A DNA stretch of 64,000 bases from Piromyces finnis finn (taxonomy: Eukaryota; Fungi; Neocallimastigomycota): positions 310,001 to 374,000 of the forward strand of contig MCFH01000020.1 in the NCBI GenBank assembly GCA_002104945.1, read 5' to 3'. The position numbers were made by a program, and so were the translations under genes. The notes below the pieces were generated by a model that was not told the origin of the DNA, did not search any database, and saw only the letters and a list, made by a program, of their open reading frames with translations. Of this stretch, positions 1 to 18,829 are shown one piece after another. Within the stretch, counting starts at the first letter, position 1, and every line of letters starts with the position of its first letter.

Positions 1-560
1 TTAATTTCTTTATCAATATCATAGAAGTTTTCAGGTTTTTTTTATATATCTTTCATTTTCATTTTTTAATGTACATATATCTAGAGCATTTCCAATTTCT
101 TTTATTCTTTTTAGTTGGTCGATAATATCTTTGATCGAATTATTCATTGGAATTTCATATTCTTCTTCGTCTTCATTTTTCCCATTTTCCATTTCTTTAA
201 AAGAAATACAAGATTCGTTATCTAAAAAATTGATATTTTCATTTTCTTCTAAATTTAAATTTATTAAATCTTTTAAAAACTTTTAATAAAAAAAAAACCA
301 ATAATACCAATACTAGTAAAAAATATAAATAATATTTTTAGCTAATTTTAAGCTGAAATAATAAATTAGTAGTTAGGCAATATAGATTAAATAAGCATCT
401 TTTTAATCTACCTTAAATAAATATTATATAATATTAAATAAACCCATTTATATTAATAATAATCCTTAAGATTTTTTTTTTTTTTAAATTACTATTCAAA
501 GCTTCTGGTTTGTCTGTGGATTTTCATTGGGTTTTGTCATGGGTTGAGTTATTATTAATT
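1..560 (-). pseudogene. Disrupted coding fragment of unknown family, running off the window start
   Basis: The minus strand reads NSTHDKTQ*KSTDKPEALN, then a phase-compatible GT-AG intron (492-270), then NLINLNLEENENINFLDNESCISFKEMENGKNEDEEEYEIPMNNSIKDIIDQLKRIKEIGNALDICTLKNENERYIKK. There is an in-frame TGA at 526-524. An A8 run (43-36) shifts the frame before KPENFYDIDKEI. Confidence 0.4.
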
Positions 561-3500
561 ATTAAGTATTAATGCCCTTTCTAATTTACTACTATGATAA
601 TAACACTCGTCTAGCTATCCTGAGAGGGACAAAGTGTACATGATACATTTCAGATTAGAACTTTATAAGTGGAGACACGAGACCAAAAATTGACTATATA
701 TAGCATTATGGTTGGAAATATCGTACAACAACATGCATCTAATGTACATAGATTAAATGAGCGTCGAAACAGAAGATTTAGTATGACAGACCAGAAGTGT
801 TGCAACCACCTAGTAATAGGAAAGGCCCAACATTTTTTAAGAACCACCATTGAGGCTTACTCTGATTAATGGGAGAAATGCACTCGGAAGTTAAAAAAAA
901 AAAAAAAAAAAAAACTATAATTCATTGTATTTTTAAAAAATACATTATCATCTATTTAATTATTTTTAATGACCTACCAAAGAGAAAAGAAAGAAAAAAA
1001 GAAGAGTCAAATTGTCAACTTTTATTTTAATAATTTAAACATATGTAAGAATAAATATTCAAATATTATTATAAATTAATCAATATTATAAACTAAACAA
1101 ACGTTGCACAAAACATTTGACAATATATAAAAATTAAAAATAACCACATTTTAAAAACAATTAATAATAATTAGAACTTGAAATATTTCTGTGTTTTAAA
1201 GCTATTTAAAAAAAAAAAAAAGAAAATAAATTATTCAATAATTCATCGTATTTATACGAAAGTTTCTTTTTTCTTGCATTTCCTAAAAAAATATAAGACG
1301 TAATAAATAATTATTATTTCAAAAAATTGTAAAATAAAAAATGACTTTGCATTTTTAATAATTTGAATATATGAAATAGGTATGTCTTATTAATTGAAAT
1401 GTAAGAAATACATAATAATAAATATTTTATAAGCCATAATGTATTGGTATTTAAATATATAAATTGTATCTGTAGTTTTAATATTAATTATTCTTACAAT
1501 GTAAAATATAGTAATATAAATGTAAAATAAGCCATAATATTTTAATATCTTCGTGATATTTAAATTATTAAAATATTTCCCCAAATAGTTATTATTGGTA
1601 CATCAAAAATAATAGATAGTAACTAATATATATAAAGAGTATAGAGCTCTTCTAAACTAAAACGAGGTCGATTTGGTTAATTATCAATTATTTATCTAAA
1701 GTCAAAATTTAAAAAAGTTTCAAATATAAAACTACTAATAATAAGGTTAAATTTATGCATTCCCATGTTTCAAGAACAATATGGGAATGCATAAAGAGCA
1801 ATTTGGGGTATCACTAAATATGGTTATATTAACATGTTACAACTCACTTGTAATATTATTTATTATTTAAAACTATTGGATTAACTAGAAAGGAATTGAT
1901 GTATTTAATAGTAATGGTGAATCTTATTTTATTGTCAATAAAAGTTTGGTCCATCTAGCCTTATTAAAAAAAATGATATTTTAGAATACAGTATATTCAA
2001 GGATAAAGAAGAAATTTACCATTAGGAAAATAACAAAATTAAAAATAAAAAGATAATACAAGAGTTATAGTTCTGATTTCAGTGGAACTACTAACATGAA
2101 TTTTATTATCTCCTACTTTATCAAATATATCTTTAACTTTAAAAAATATACTTATTAGAAATCTAGAGGGATACTTTGCTATAAATTATTAAAGCATTAA
2201 GATAAAGAACTGAGAAAATTTTAATAGAAATATTTTAAATGAAATTTGGCCAAAACACAATACTATGACAATAATGAATATATATAAACAAAAGATTTTA
2301 TTATATTGTGTTATGAATAAAAAATTTAATTATATGATTATTTATTGGACACTGAAAGTAAATTAATAGATCTGGTATAATTCAAAGTATACAAATATTG
2401 AGTAATTGAATTTCATTTATTTAACAGTAAATGAATATATCCAATCATTTAGTCCTTGTTGATTTTTCAAAAAGACGCTTTAATGGTCTTATTATTAATA
2501 ATATCATTGTTAATAGCAATAATATTAATAATAGTGAAAGTAATAAGAATAACGATAGTAACAATAGTAATGTAATATTTTTAATGATAATAATAACATA
2601 ACATTAATAATATGAGAAATAATAACGATAGTTCCATTTTATCAATCAAATAGTTTATATTAATTTTAATGCTTTAATAAATAGGGTGAATATTAATTCC
2701 CAGATATTGGAAACAATATTAACAATACATAAATATAATAATATATAAAAATACAAATGTCCTATTAGATTTAAACAAGCATATATATATATATTAATTC
2801 ATAAAGCGAAAAATAGTGAATAAAATCCTTATGTAAAAATATATATGGTGTCGAACCGGAAGCCTTCTTAAAATTTCAATTGATTGTTTAAAATAATCAT
2901 ATCTTGTAAAGCAACACTACTGACTTTAGTTGAATCCATGTTTATTTGAAAATATGTTTGGTAGAGAGTTACACTCCATTCGGACAATATTTTTTAAAAT
3001 AATATCAATTTTTATACTGGTTTGTAAGATATTGCAATCAAAGACTTTATTTTGGTTTTTTGTCTTATGTGTTTAGGGATATGAACCTAAAAATCTCAGT
3101 AAATGAAATACCTTCGGAGGACTTTTCCATCGAAAACAAAATGTAGTGATATGATATGTATGAAGGCAATTTAAGTTATTCCTTTATTTGTGTTAATAAA
3201 TATTATTAATTACCTTTATATAATATAGACTATATAAATTTTATTTACGATGGTGAATATTATAAAGAAGAATATGATAAGTTAGTAAATGAATGTTCAT
3301 GTAAAGAACTTACCAGAGAATGCGTTGAGTCATATTACGCATTTTTTTTTTTTTATTAATGGAGACTAAAAAAAAGAATCAATCTCAAGAGTTACGGAAA
3401 ATGATAATATTTGTAATATTTACTTTGGATGTGAATTGGATTAACAATAATAAATGACAAATTATTGAAATTTACAAAAAAATTTGTTATACAGGTATTT

Positions 3501-4767
3501 CTGATATAAAATCTAAGAGATCAAATAAATTTAGATTCAAATCTAAGTCTCACACATTTATTTGAAATTGTGTTAAAAGCTATGAAAAATTCAAAACAAC
3601 TTCAAAATTTATTCATCTTATTTCTAATTATAATATAAATTTTAATAACTACTGTGTGATTTTGTTTAAGACTATTTAAAAACTGTTGGAAATAGGAACT
3701 ATGATAAAGATAATTTTTTTTTTAAATTAGGAACAGGTGTCAAGTTCTGCGAACTTACAAGTAGTGTTATTAATATACGTAATATTAGCTCAAATAATAA
3801 AAATACTTATTCTATATATAAGTTTAAAGATAAATCTTGAAATAGTTATATGGATGATCCACTTACAAACAATCAAGAATATATATCTTCACCAAAGTAT
3901 TTACGAGATTGTTAATAGATTAAGTATAAGATTGATAATCATTTTACTGAGCATAATTCATTTTATTTTAGAAATTATAACATTGTCCATATTTCACTTA
4001 TCAAGTGAGGCTTTTCTTTCACTAATCATTTTATATTCATTATTTATATTATTTATATATTTATTATAATTAATCTAACCATTTTGTAACTAAATTTTTG
4101 ATATTTCATTATTTCAAAATTATGATTATATTTTAAATATTAAAGAACTTCCAATAAATGTTGAAAAAAAGCTGTATGACTGAAATAATAATATGTCATG
4201 ACGTAAGTTAGCAAGATAAGCATCACTAGTAAAATAAAATTCCTAATTAATACCTATCTGAAATATCATAACCTAACATATAGCAAAATCCATTAGAAAA
4301 AATCTTGGGAATTGACATCTGTGGAGCCTAACCAGAATTTTAATGTATGCTAAGACAGGACTTAACAACCAGGATAAAAATGATGGTTATAAATTAAATA
4401 TTTGTATTGTGGCTTATAAAAACATATAATATAATGTAATAATATGTTTCAATTCTAATAATAAAAGAAAGAAATTAACCAACTTTTTTTTTTTTTTTAA
4501 AAAATTTATAAACTTTAAATTATATTAAAAAAATTTAAAATATTAATTAAATATTTTTAAAAATCATTTTTAGGTAACAACTTTTTTTTAAAAAAAAAAA
4601 AAAATAAATAAATACTATTATAGATAAAATATTTTTTTTTTATTTTAATAAATGTAAATACATCACTTTTAATATTAATAAAGTTATTTTTAAAAAGTAG
4701 GATATTTCAATCCTTTATTGATAATAAGTGTATAACATCATTAAATAATAAATATTTATTAATAAAG

Positions 4768-9588
<4,821 letters not shown>

Positions 9589-10514
9589 AAACTTTACATA
9601 ATTAATATATATATATTTTTTTTTAGACTAGGAAATATATATATTTTTTTATTATTTTTTTTTTTATTTTAGTATTTATTTAAAATTTTATTTTAAAATA
9701 AAATAAATATATATATGTATAAAACAATAATAAAATATTAAAAAGTTGTTTTTTTTTTTTATTTTTTATTTTTATTTTTTATTATTTTATTTTATTTTAT
9801 TTATTTAATTTATTTCTTTTTTTTTTTTATTATTATTATTATTATTTATTTTTGGGATATTAATAGTAATCTTTATGGTAAATAAAGTTTATATTTCAAG
9901 TTATATAAAGATCTATATATATATTAAAATTGAAAATCTTTTATAGTATTATATAAATTAGTATTTCCTTCTTATTATATTTTGTAAATTAATTTTTGGT
10001 AATAATAATAAAAAAAATAATAATAATTATAAAATAAAATAAAATAAAAATAATAAAAGAAATAAAAAATTAAGGATTAAATGATTAATTACAAAAGATA
10101 AAATTGTATAAATTATTAAATATGTATGAATTAAAAATTATTGGTTTTTTTTATATATATGGATTATAAAATGAATTAAATAGTTTTCGTTGTAATATAT
10201 TTAGATTGATGAACTTTTTTTTTTACTTTTCCTTTTTTTTTCATAGGTATTGTTTTCATTAGATTCATTAGATATTTTATGTAATATTATATTTTATTCT
10301 TGATTTTTTTATTTCATTTTTCATTTATATTTTGTTTTATTTACTTTTAAATTAAATGATTTTGTGATTTTATTTTCTTCTAACATTTAACTTCATATTT
10401 TTTATTGTTTTTAAGAATGATTTTTAATTTATTCTCTTTTGACTTGTTTTTTCTTTAATATTTTTTAATTGATCTTTACTTGTTTTTACTTATTTTAGGA
10501 GATAAATATTTAAT

Positions 10515-12099
10515 TTATTCCATGTAGATGTCAGAAACTCTGTATTGAGATGAAACACTTTCACCATTGTGAATACGTCTAATAGTTTCAGCAAAAACTG
10601 GAGCAATATCGAAAACCTTAATCTTCTTGCATTGTTTAACATGTTCATCTTGTGGAACACTGTTACTAACAATTAATTCATCAATAACACTGTCATTAAT
10701 ACGTTGAACAGCATCACCAGAAAGAATAGCGTGAGTAATAAGTGCGTAAATCTTCTTAGCACCATTATCAACTAATAATTGAGCAGCCTTGGTAATGGTA
10801 GAAGAAGTATCAATAATATCATCAATAAGAATACAGACCTTGTCCTTAACATCACCAACAAGAGTCATTTCATCATTATGGAAACCACGGTCCTTGTGAA
10901 CAAGGGCAACAGCCATCTTTAATGATTCAGCTAAGGCAGTAGCTCTTTATATATAATATAATTATATTATTTAAATTATTATTATTATTAAAAATATATT
11001 ATATAACAATCAATCAATAGTATATATTTAAATAATATCGATTATTATTTAATTACCTCTTGGCACCTCCAGCATCTGGAGAAGTAATTACAGCTTGTTG
11101 ATAATCTGGAATGTTCATCTTAATGTACTTTGTCATTAAAGTTTGACTAGATAAGTTATCAACTGGAATATCAAAGAAACCTTGGAATTGTGGGTCATGT
11201 AAATCCATAGTCATAATGTTATCGGCACCAGCTTCAACAATCATTTTAGCAACTAAGTTACCAGCACGACAAGTCCAGTGCTTGTATTGACCAGAATGGT
11301 CATTTGAGGCTGGAATTTCACCAAGGTTAGTGATACTAACATTCTTTTTTTGCTTGGATTCGGATGGTTCAACTAATTTAAAATTTAAATAATTTTAAAT
11401 TTTTAAAAATAAATTGTCAAATATAAAATAAAAATTTAAAATTTTATATTGTTATTATTATGTTTTGCTTTGTTTTTGTTTTTTTTTCATTTTATTTTTT
11501 TTTAAAATTTTTTTGATTATTAATTTGTACAATATAAAATTAATATTTACCAGTCTTAGTTAAGTTTTCTAATTTTGACTTTTCACTTTCTGGAATTCTA
11601 GAAATAGTTTTACCATTCTTAGTATATGGAGAATTTGGAAGACGAGAGTATGGGAAAGATGGAATGACACAAACAATTCTCCTGTTGAATTTTTAATATA
11701 ACCATTATATAAAAAAATATTTTATGTTTTAATATATTATACTTTTAAACAAATTAACTGAATTAAAAAAAAAAGGAAGGTAATTCAATTTATTAAAAAA
11801 TATTTTTAAAATAATTTTAGAATTTATAAAAAGAATTTTTTTGATAATTACTTGGCACTGGTAATTTTACAAGCAGAAACCATGATCAATAATTCAATTA
11901 AGTTATCGTTAACATGACCACAACCAGATTGAACAATGAAGATATCCTTTCCTCTGACAGATTCGAATAATTCAACATTAGTTTCTTGGTTAGAGAATTT
12001 AGATAAATTACATTTTCCTGGGACTAAACCAAGTTGATTGCAAATTAATTCAGTAAGGTGTGGGTGAGAGGAACCAGAGAAAACAACAATGTTCTTCAT
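10515..12099 (-). CDS. PRS5: Ribose-phosphate pyrophosphokinase (PRPP synthetase), Prs5-like subunit with an insertion, 374 aa, 4 exons
   Basis: Exons 12099-11852, 11681-11551, 11372-11057 and 10944-10515 total 1125 nt in frame. Motifs: [66 protein letters not shown] and [10 protein letters not shown]. An insertion follows FPYSR, as in yeast Prs5. Confidence 0.92.
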
Positions 12100-13778
12100 T
12101 TTTGTTTAATAATTTATATTATTTTATTATATAACTACAAGTAAGAAGGTATATATTTTTTTTAAAAAAATTTATAAGTTAATAAAAAATATTATAAATT
12201 ATTTAAATTGATTTTCATTTTATTTAATTATTTTATACAATGTTATATTTATATTGTATTCTTTAGTTTATTCAATATTATCTATAAATATTTTAAATAA
12301 TTATTATTTATTTATTTATTATCATTATTATAATATATCATTTTCTAGAGTATTGTAGATTATTCAATTTACAAATTCAATTTTAAAATTTTAACTATTT
12401 TTTAATTATCTACTATGAAATGATATCATATTTCAAAGATTTCGACTATATACTTATTATTTTCTTTTTTTTTACTTATAAATATTTGTTATATACTATT
12501 TTTACTTCACTTTTTCAAATATATATATACTTATAATAAATAAATTACGATTATTACATTAATTCAGAATAATTTTTTTTTGTAAAGAACTAATTAAAAA
12601 AAAAAAAAATGTTTTAAATTCAAAACAAAATGAAAAAAAAAAAAAAAATTAATCAATAATAATTGAAATTAATATATTGTATAATATAATTTTACCAATA
12701 TATTAATTAAATTGAAAAATTTTAAAACATCAAATAGGAAAAGATCAAAAAAAAAAAAAATGTTTGAAAAAATTTGAAAAAGTTGATTATTATATAAAAA
12801 GATGATATAGAATAATATTAAAATATATTATTCTATATCATAGCTACCTACCATAATAATAAATAGTCATTTTTTTCTATAATCAATTAACCTGAAGAGT
12901 TTTGATGTTTTCATTTTTTTAATATAGGAAACAATTTTAAAAAAATTATAATAAATAAAATTTTTTAAAAAAGATTAAATTTTAATACATTTTCAATTTT
13001 TACGTATTAAGATAATGTATTAAATTTGAATTAACGTATTAAAGCTATAATTTTTAAAAGTAAAAAAGGGAATGAAATAATAGTCAAAATATCTATATAG
13101 AACTATATTGCTTTACAAGAAATATAAATGATTACTTTATTTCATATAATCTATTTTAAGAAAAAAAATTATACCTATTTCTTTTTCGGTATAATACTGA
13201 AAAATATATACAAATAAATAAAAAAAAAAAAATACAAATAATAATATTAAACTTTATAAAAATACAATATATATTTGTTATAGAAAAAGATTTTATTATT
13301 TTATGTAATATTTATTAATAAATAACGCATATTTATAAATGTGGAATTTGATTTGAATAATAATATTTTCTATACAATCTAGAGAGAAATATATAATAAT
13401 CTAGATATTTTACAAACAAATAAATAAATAATATAAAATATATAAAATATATTTATGGTATAATAATAATAATAAAAAAAAAACATATTAAATACTAAAA
13501 TATTAAAATGCTCTAATTTGTTAATGATTAATTTGGTAACTCTATATTTGTTTTGTGCTTTCTTCCTTTATATAAATAAAAAAAAAAGGAAGGGAAAAGA
13601 TAATACGCTTATAATGATTAAAAAAAGAAAATCATATAATTTACTATTAGTATGATATAAACAAATATCAATATATAGCACTTTACATATTTCATATATA
13701 ATGAAATAAAAATAAATAAATAAATAAATAAAAAATAAATTAAAAGTATGATGAATAAAAATAAAAAAACGATATATT

Positions 13779-16478
13779 TTACTTTGACCATAACATTTCA
13801 TCTAACAATGAATAATTAAAAGAATCATTAATATTGTTTGATTGCGAATTAGTAGAAGTTGATGTTGTATCTGAAAATGTAGATAAAGGATTGATAGTAT
13901 TGTTAATGTTATTAGGTCTCAATATATCCATTACATTTGATGAAAGTGGATTATTTGATATAAGATATTGTAATCGAGGATCCATATAATATGAAGATAG
14001 TAGTGGTAAATTATTTGTTGATGGTGAAAATAAATCTTGATTAAGAGGTGATGTGTTTTCAAATTCAGAAGCTTCTGTACCAGTTTGATGGAGTGATTCT
14101 ACTATTGTAGAATTAGAGCTAGCAGTTGAATTATTTGGGATTAATAATAAATTTGAAGGTAAAAGGTCCAATTCATCGGTTGAATTTCCAACAACGGTTT
14201 GAGATAATGATACTGGATCTTCTTGTATAATTTGATTATAAAGATCTATTGAGGAGATATAAAATGAAAAAGATTATTAAAATAAACATAAATTTCATTA
14301 TATATATATTAGTTCATATAATTATTTATAATAATTATCATAGCTAACCATAAAATATATATATATATAAATTATATATACCTTTATTTTTATCATTACT
14401 ATAAGTTATTGAATCTAGATTCATATCATTTAAACTTGACTGTAAATCATATTTAGTAATATCATTTAAATCACCTTTTTTATTTTCTAAATTAAGACCT
14501 GATGAATTATAAAGTAACAAGTTCTCGTTTTTAGTATCAATAGATGGTGAAATTCCGTTTGCCTTGATTTTGTTAGGAGAATCTATTTACAAGTATGGGT
14601 TTAAAATTAGATAATTAATATATGAATTGCAAGGATTAAATTATAATAATAATGATACTAATAATCCAATTCTTTTAACTACCATTTATTGAATTTAATA
14701 TATAATTGTCAATCGAATTTTCAAAAGAAATGTTATTATTAATCACAGAAGGAGGTGATATCATTTCTATTTATTTAATATTTCAATAAGAAAAAAATTA
14801 GTATATATTCTTTATTGGCTTATTTATTCCGATAAAGAACAAAATAATATCATATAATAAATTTACCTTGTAATGGTTGTTGTTTTACATTTGAATTATT
14901 AATTTGATCATTTGATAAATTTGGTTTTGACGTCTCAACAGATTTATTTCTTTTAATGTTAAATATATTTATATTCTCTTTATTGGTTAAGACACTATCA
15001 TTTGAATTTAAAACTTTTATATTTTCAGAAGTTATATTTTCATTACTGCTATTGTTATTATTATTGATTAAAGAATTTGATTCGGATGGGCCATTCATAT
15101 CTAAAAAATATATAAATAATATTTATGTATAAAATTTTCATTGAATAATATTATTAGTTGAATTATTGATACATCAAAATTTTAAAACTAATATATATAT
15201 ATAACCATTAAATTATTTTTTTCAACATTTATTTTACTACATACAATCCTTCCTCCTTATTTGCTTTTTTCTTTTTCTAGATTTATTATTTTTATTATTA
15301 TCATATTCTTTATTAATTTTATACAATCCGTTAATTCTTATAACTCTTTCTTTTTGGCATGCTTTTTTAAGAGCTTGACTAGCAGATGGTCTAAATCCTT
15401 CTGGTATGCCTATGCAATTCAACTCCATCCAATCAAAAATATCTTTAGGTTTTACACCTTTATTATCATCAATGGAGCTTAATGCCTGAACAATCATATC
15501 TTCATAAGAACCTAATGGACCAGTTCTTGGTTTTCTTCCTGATGGTGTTAATTGAATTGTTTTTTTTTGTAAAGCACCAAAATTAAATAAATTTCTGTGT
15601 TCATATTCATAAACTTTTTTCTTTAACATTTTCCCTATTGAATTTTTCGAGTTATCTTTTTTCTTTGAATTTATTATTATTGAATTATTATCTATAAAAT
15701 TATTAAAATTTAATTTTTTTTTATAAAATTTTTAATTTTGAAAAGTTGAATTAGTATATAACAAAGACTTTAAAATATTATTTATTATGGGATTTTACCG
15801 TTTATAATTAAAAATTGTGAAGGTACTGGTGAAAAAAAATAGGGTGAATTAATATTGGATATAACAGAAGATTTTAATGTACTTGGATTTCCATATAGCA
15901 CTTGATTTATCATATTATTAACATCTAAATGTTTTAATGAAGCTTGAAGTAATAATGATACAAGTATAGGTATAGAAAGCTTTTCTAACTTTTCTTTTTT
16001 CTATCAATAAAAAATAGCATTATTTGAAATTAAAAAAAATATTATATATGTTACCATTAATGATAAAAAAAATAAAAGTAGTAAAATTATAAATATATAT
16101 TTTGTCGAAATACTTTACATGTTCAAATGGACCTTTACACTTTTTACAGAGTTTATGAGAAAAAACAAAAGCTTTTTGAATTTCACTATCTTCAATTTGG
16201 TCCTTATTTTTTTCATTTTCTTTATTTTCTTCCTTTTCTTTATTTACTTTCTTTTCTTCTTTATCTTCATTTACTTTTTCTTGTTCTTTTTTTTCTTTAT
16301 CATTTTCAATTATTTGTCCACAGATTAGACAATGCTTTATATCATTCTCATTTTGGGGTTTATTTTGATTCAAATTATTTAAAATAACGTTCGATTCTAT
16401 CTTTTCATTTGGATTATTTGATTGAATGATTTCATTAGAATTAACCGACACTTTATTTGACATTGAAATATCATTCAT
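13779..16478 (-). CDS. Uncharacterised putative chromatin protein: split CxxC...CxxC pair, linker-histone H1/H15-like globular domain, long Asn/Ser-rich tail; about 7 exons
   Basis: Phase-compatible exons at about 16478-16119, 16000-15799, 15691-15245, 15100-14867, 14766-14683, 14582-14382 and 14245-13779. SYEDMIVQALSSIDDNKGVKPKDIFDWMELNCIGIPEGFRPSASQALKKACQKERVIRINGLYKI fits the H15 winged-helix pattern. The start codon is uncertain because an AG acceptor lies just upstream. Confidence 0.75.
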
Positions 16479-18829
16479 TATATCTATTTATAAATAAATC
16501 GTATATATTATTAATAATTTAATTTTAAAATAACAATTTTAAGAAATATATTTTCCATTTTGACAAATAAAATTATAATAAAATTAATATATATACTCAA
16601 TTTTATTTTGTTCTTGTACTGTGTAATAGTTATAATTATATAAATTTTTACAATATTAATTTAATTTCTTATTTTTTATAACTAAAATCTACTTTTAATC
16701 AATACTTATTTCTACTATCTATTTTATCACCATATAAAAAGAATTTATTAATATTTTATTATTTATAATAATAATAATGTGAAAATTAATTTATATAATT
16801 TTTTTTTTTGTTAGATTTGATTTTAAGGAAAAGGTTGTTTTTTTGAATCTTATATATATATGTTCCTCTTTTTTTTTATTTCTAATTTCTTTATAAATTT
16901 ATTATTTTTTTTCTTAAACACTTTTTTCTTTACTTTAAAATTCAATTAGCGAATATACTTTATTTGGTATAAATTTTACTTTTTTTTTTTTTTTTTTTTA
17001 ATAATTTATATTTATATATATATATGTTTATTTAAATACTAGATAGCTATACCGATACTTTTTATCTATTTTTTTTTTTTCATTTCACATTTATATGACT
17101 TACCCTATTCAAATAAATAATCTACAATAAAATCCAATTGTTTAAAAAAAAAAAAGAAAAAGAAAAAACAGAAAAAATTCTACCGAGGACTATTTATTTA
17201 ATATATTAAAATAAACCAGAATAATATTAAAAAAAAAAAAAAAAAAAAAGTTAAGTAGCCTTAATATTTAATAATAAATATTATTATTATATAGGAATAT
17301 ATAATAAATATTTATGTATAATTCATTTAGTTATTTATTTATTTATTAATATATTCATCCATTCATTTATTTTTATGGTACAAAAAAAAACACGAATTTG
17401 ACCTTAAAAAAAGTACAATTTAAATTTAAATTAAAAATATCAATTATAATATATGTTACAATGGACTGTATCGTATATTATATAGAAAGTATGATAATCC
17501 ATATAATGGTGATAGATTTTTGTACTATTTTGTAAATATATAAAATATATTCTACAATAGTATTTATATATTTAACATTTATATTCTAATATATATTATT
17601 TTTGGTAAAATTCCTATTTATATTTTCCATTTTCAGTAGTTTATGGTCATTTTAATATATTTTTAATTTATTTATTTATATTGAGACTATATATTTGAAT
17701 GTATTCTAATATATTTAAATAAATTAATTTTTTAATCTCTTTGAAATAAACAAAATTTTATGAAAAGGCTTTCTTTTTTATAGAAAAAGAATTCAATAAG
17801 GAAACTTAAAAATAAAATAATTTTTTCTTTTTCAATAAGAAGTAATTGTAATGAAGGCTTCAGGGTAAGAAAGAAGAATAGATCAGTAAATTCTAATTAA
17901 ATTAAATATAATAACGTATAATTTTGGAGTAGTAATAGTCTTATGGATCATTACTGATATTTACGAAATTGTACAGCTAAAGTATATATTAATATCTATT
18001 TATATTTAAAATAGTATTATAATATTTGTAAAAGAAATAATTATATAAAAAATAATAAATCGAAACATATTCAGATCATTTATTAATTTATCTTTTTTTT
18101 TTTCTATACAAAGATCAATATTCAATATACTAAATTTTACACAAGATATTTTATATACTTTTCTATTTTATTTTGTTTATACATCTTTCCTTTCTTATAC
18201 TTTAATAAGAGGTTTATTGTCATTCTTATACCGATAGAATTACAAACTTCAATTGATGAAAAATGATTTCTTTTTCTGTTTCTTTTTTTTTTAAAAAAAA
18301 AAAAAAAAAAAAGACAGATTCCATTTTTGTTTAAATTAATTTTTGTTACAGAAATACAAACTTTGTTATTAATAATTTGGTAGGTCAAAAAAAAAATTTT
18401 TTTTTGATGGTTATTGAGAAAAATTCTTTTTAATTTATTTAATAATTAAAGAATTCATACATTTACTTATAATAATAGATATATAAAAATAAATCTATGT
18501 TAAATAAAACATTTCATCCTTATTCTTATGTTTTTACTAGGTTTACCATGTTTATTATTCTAATTACTAATATTTAGTACTATTACTATGTTTATTTAAT
18601 ATTATAATTACTGTTATAATTACTGTTTTGTGTTTATTATTCTCATTTTTAGTTTTTTTTTACCTAATAAATTACTTTTAATTATTAATTGCTATTTAGT
18701 ATTTAATTATATGATTTCTAAAGGACTAATTATTAATTATTTATTTTAATAAAATATTTTTAAATTAGTTTCTAAAATAATAAATAATTAATAATATTAT
18801 TAATAGGTGTATTATTATAGTTGTGTATT

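Noticed and set aside
17845-17985. GC-richer patch with an ATGAAG...CTGA box-like pair and ggatcatta (the same as the 18S rRNA 3' end)
   Set aside because: Boxes are degenerate, the rRNA match is only 9 nt and in sense orientation, and there is no convincing guide sequence or exon chain.
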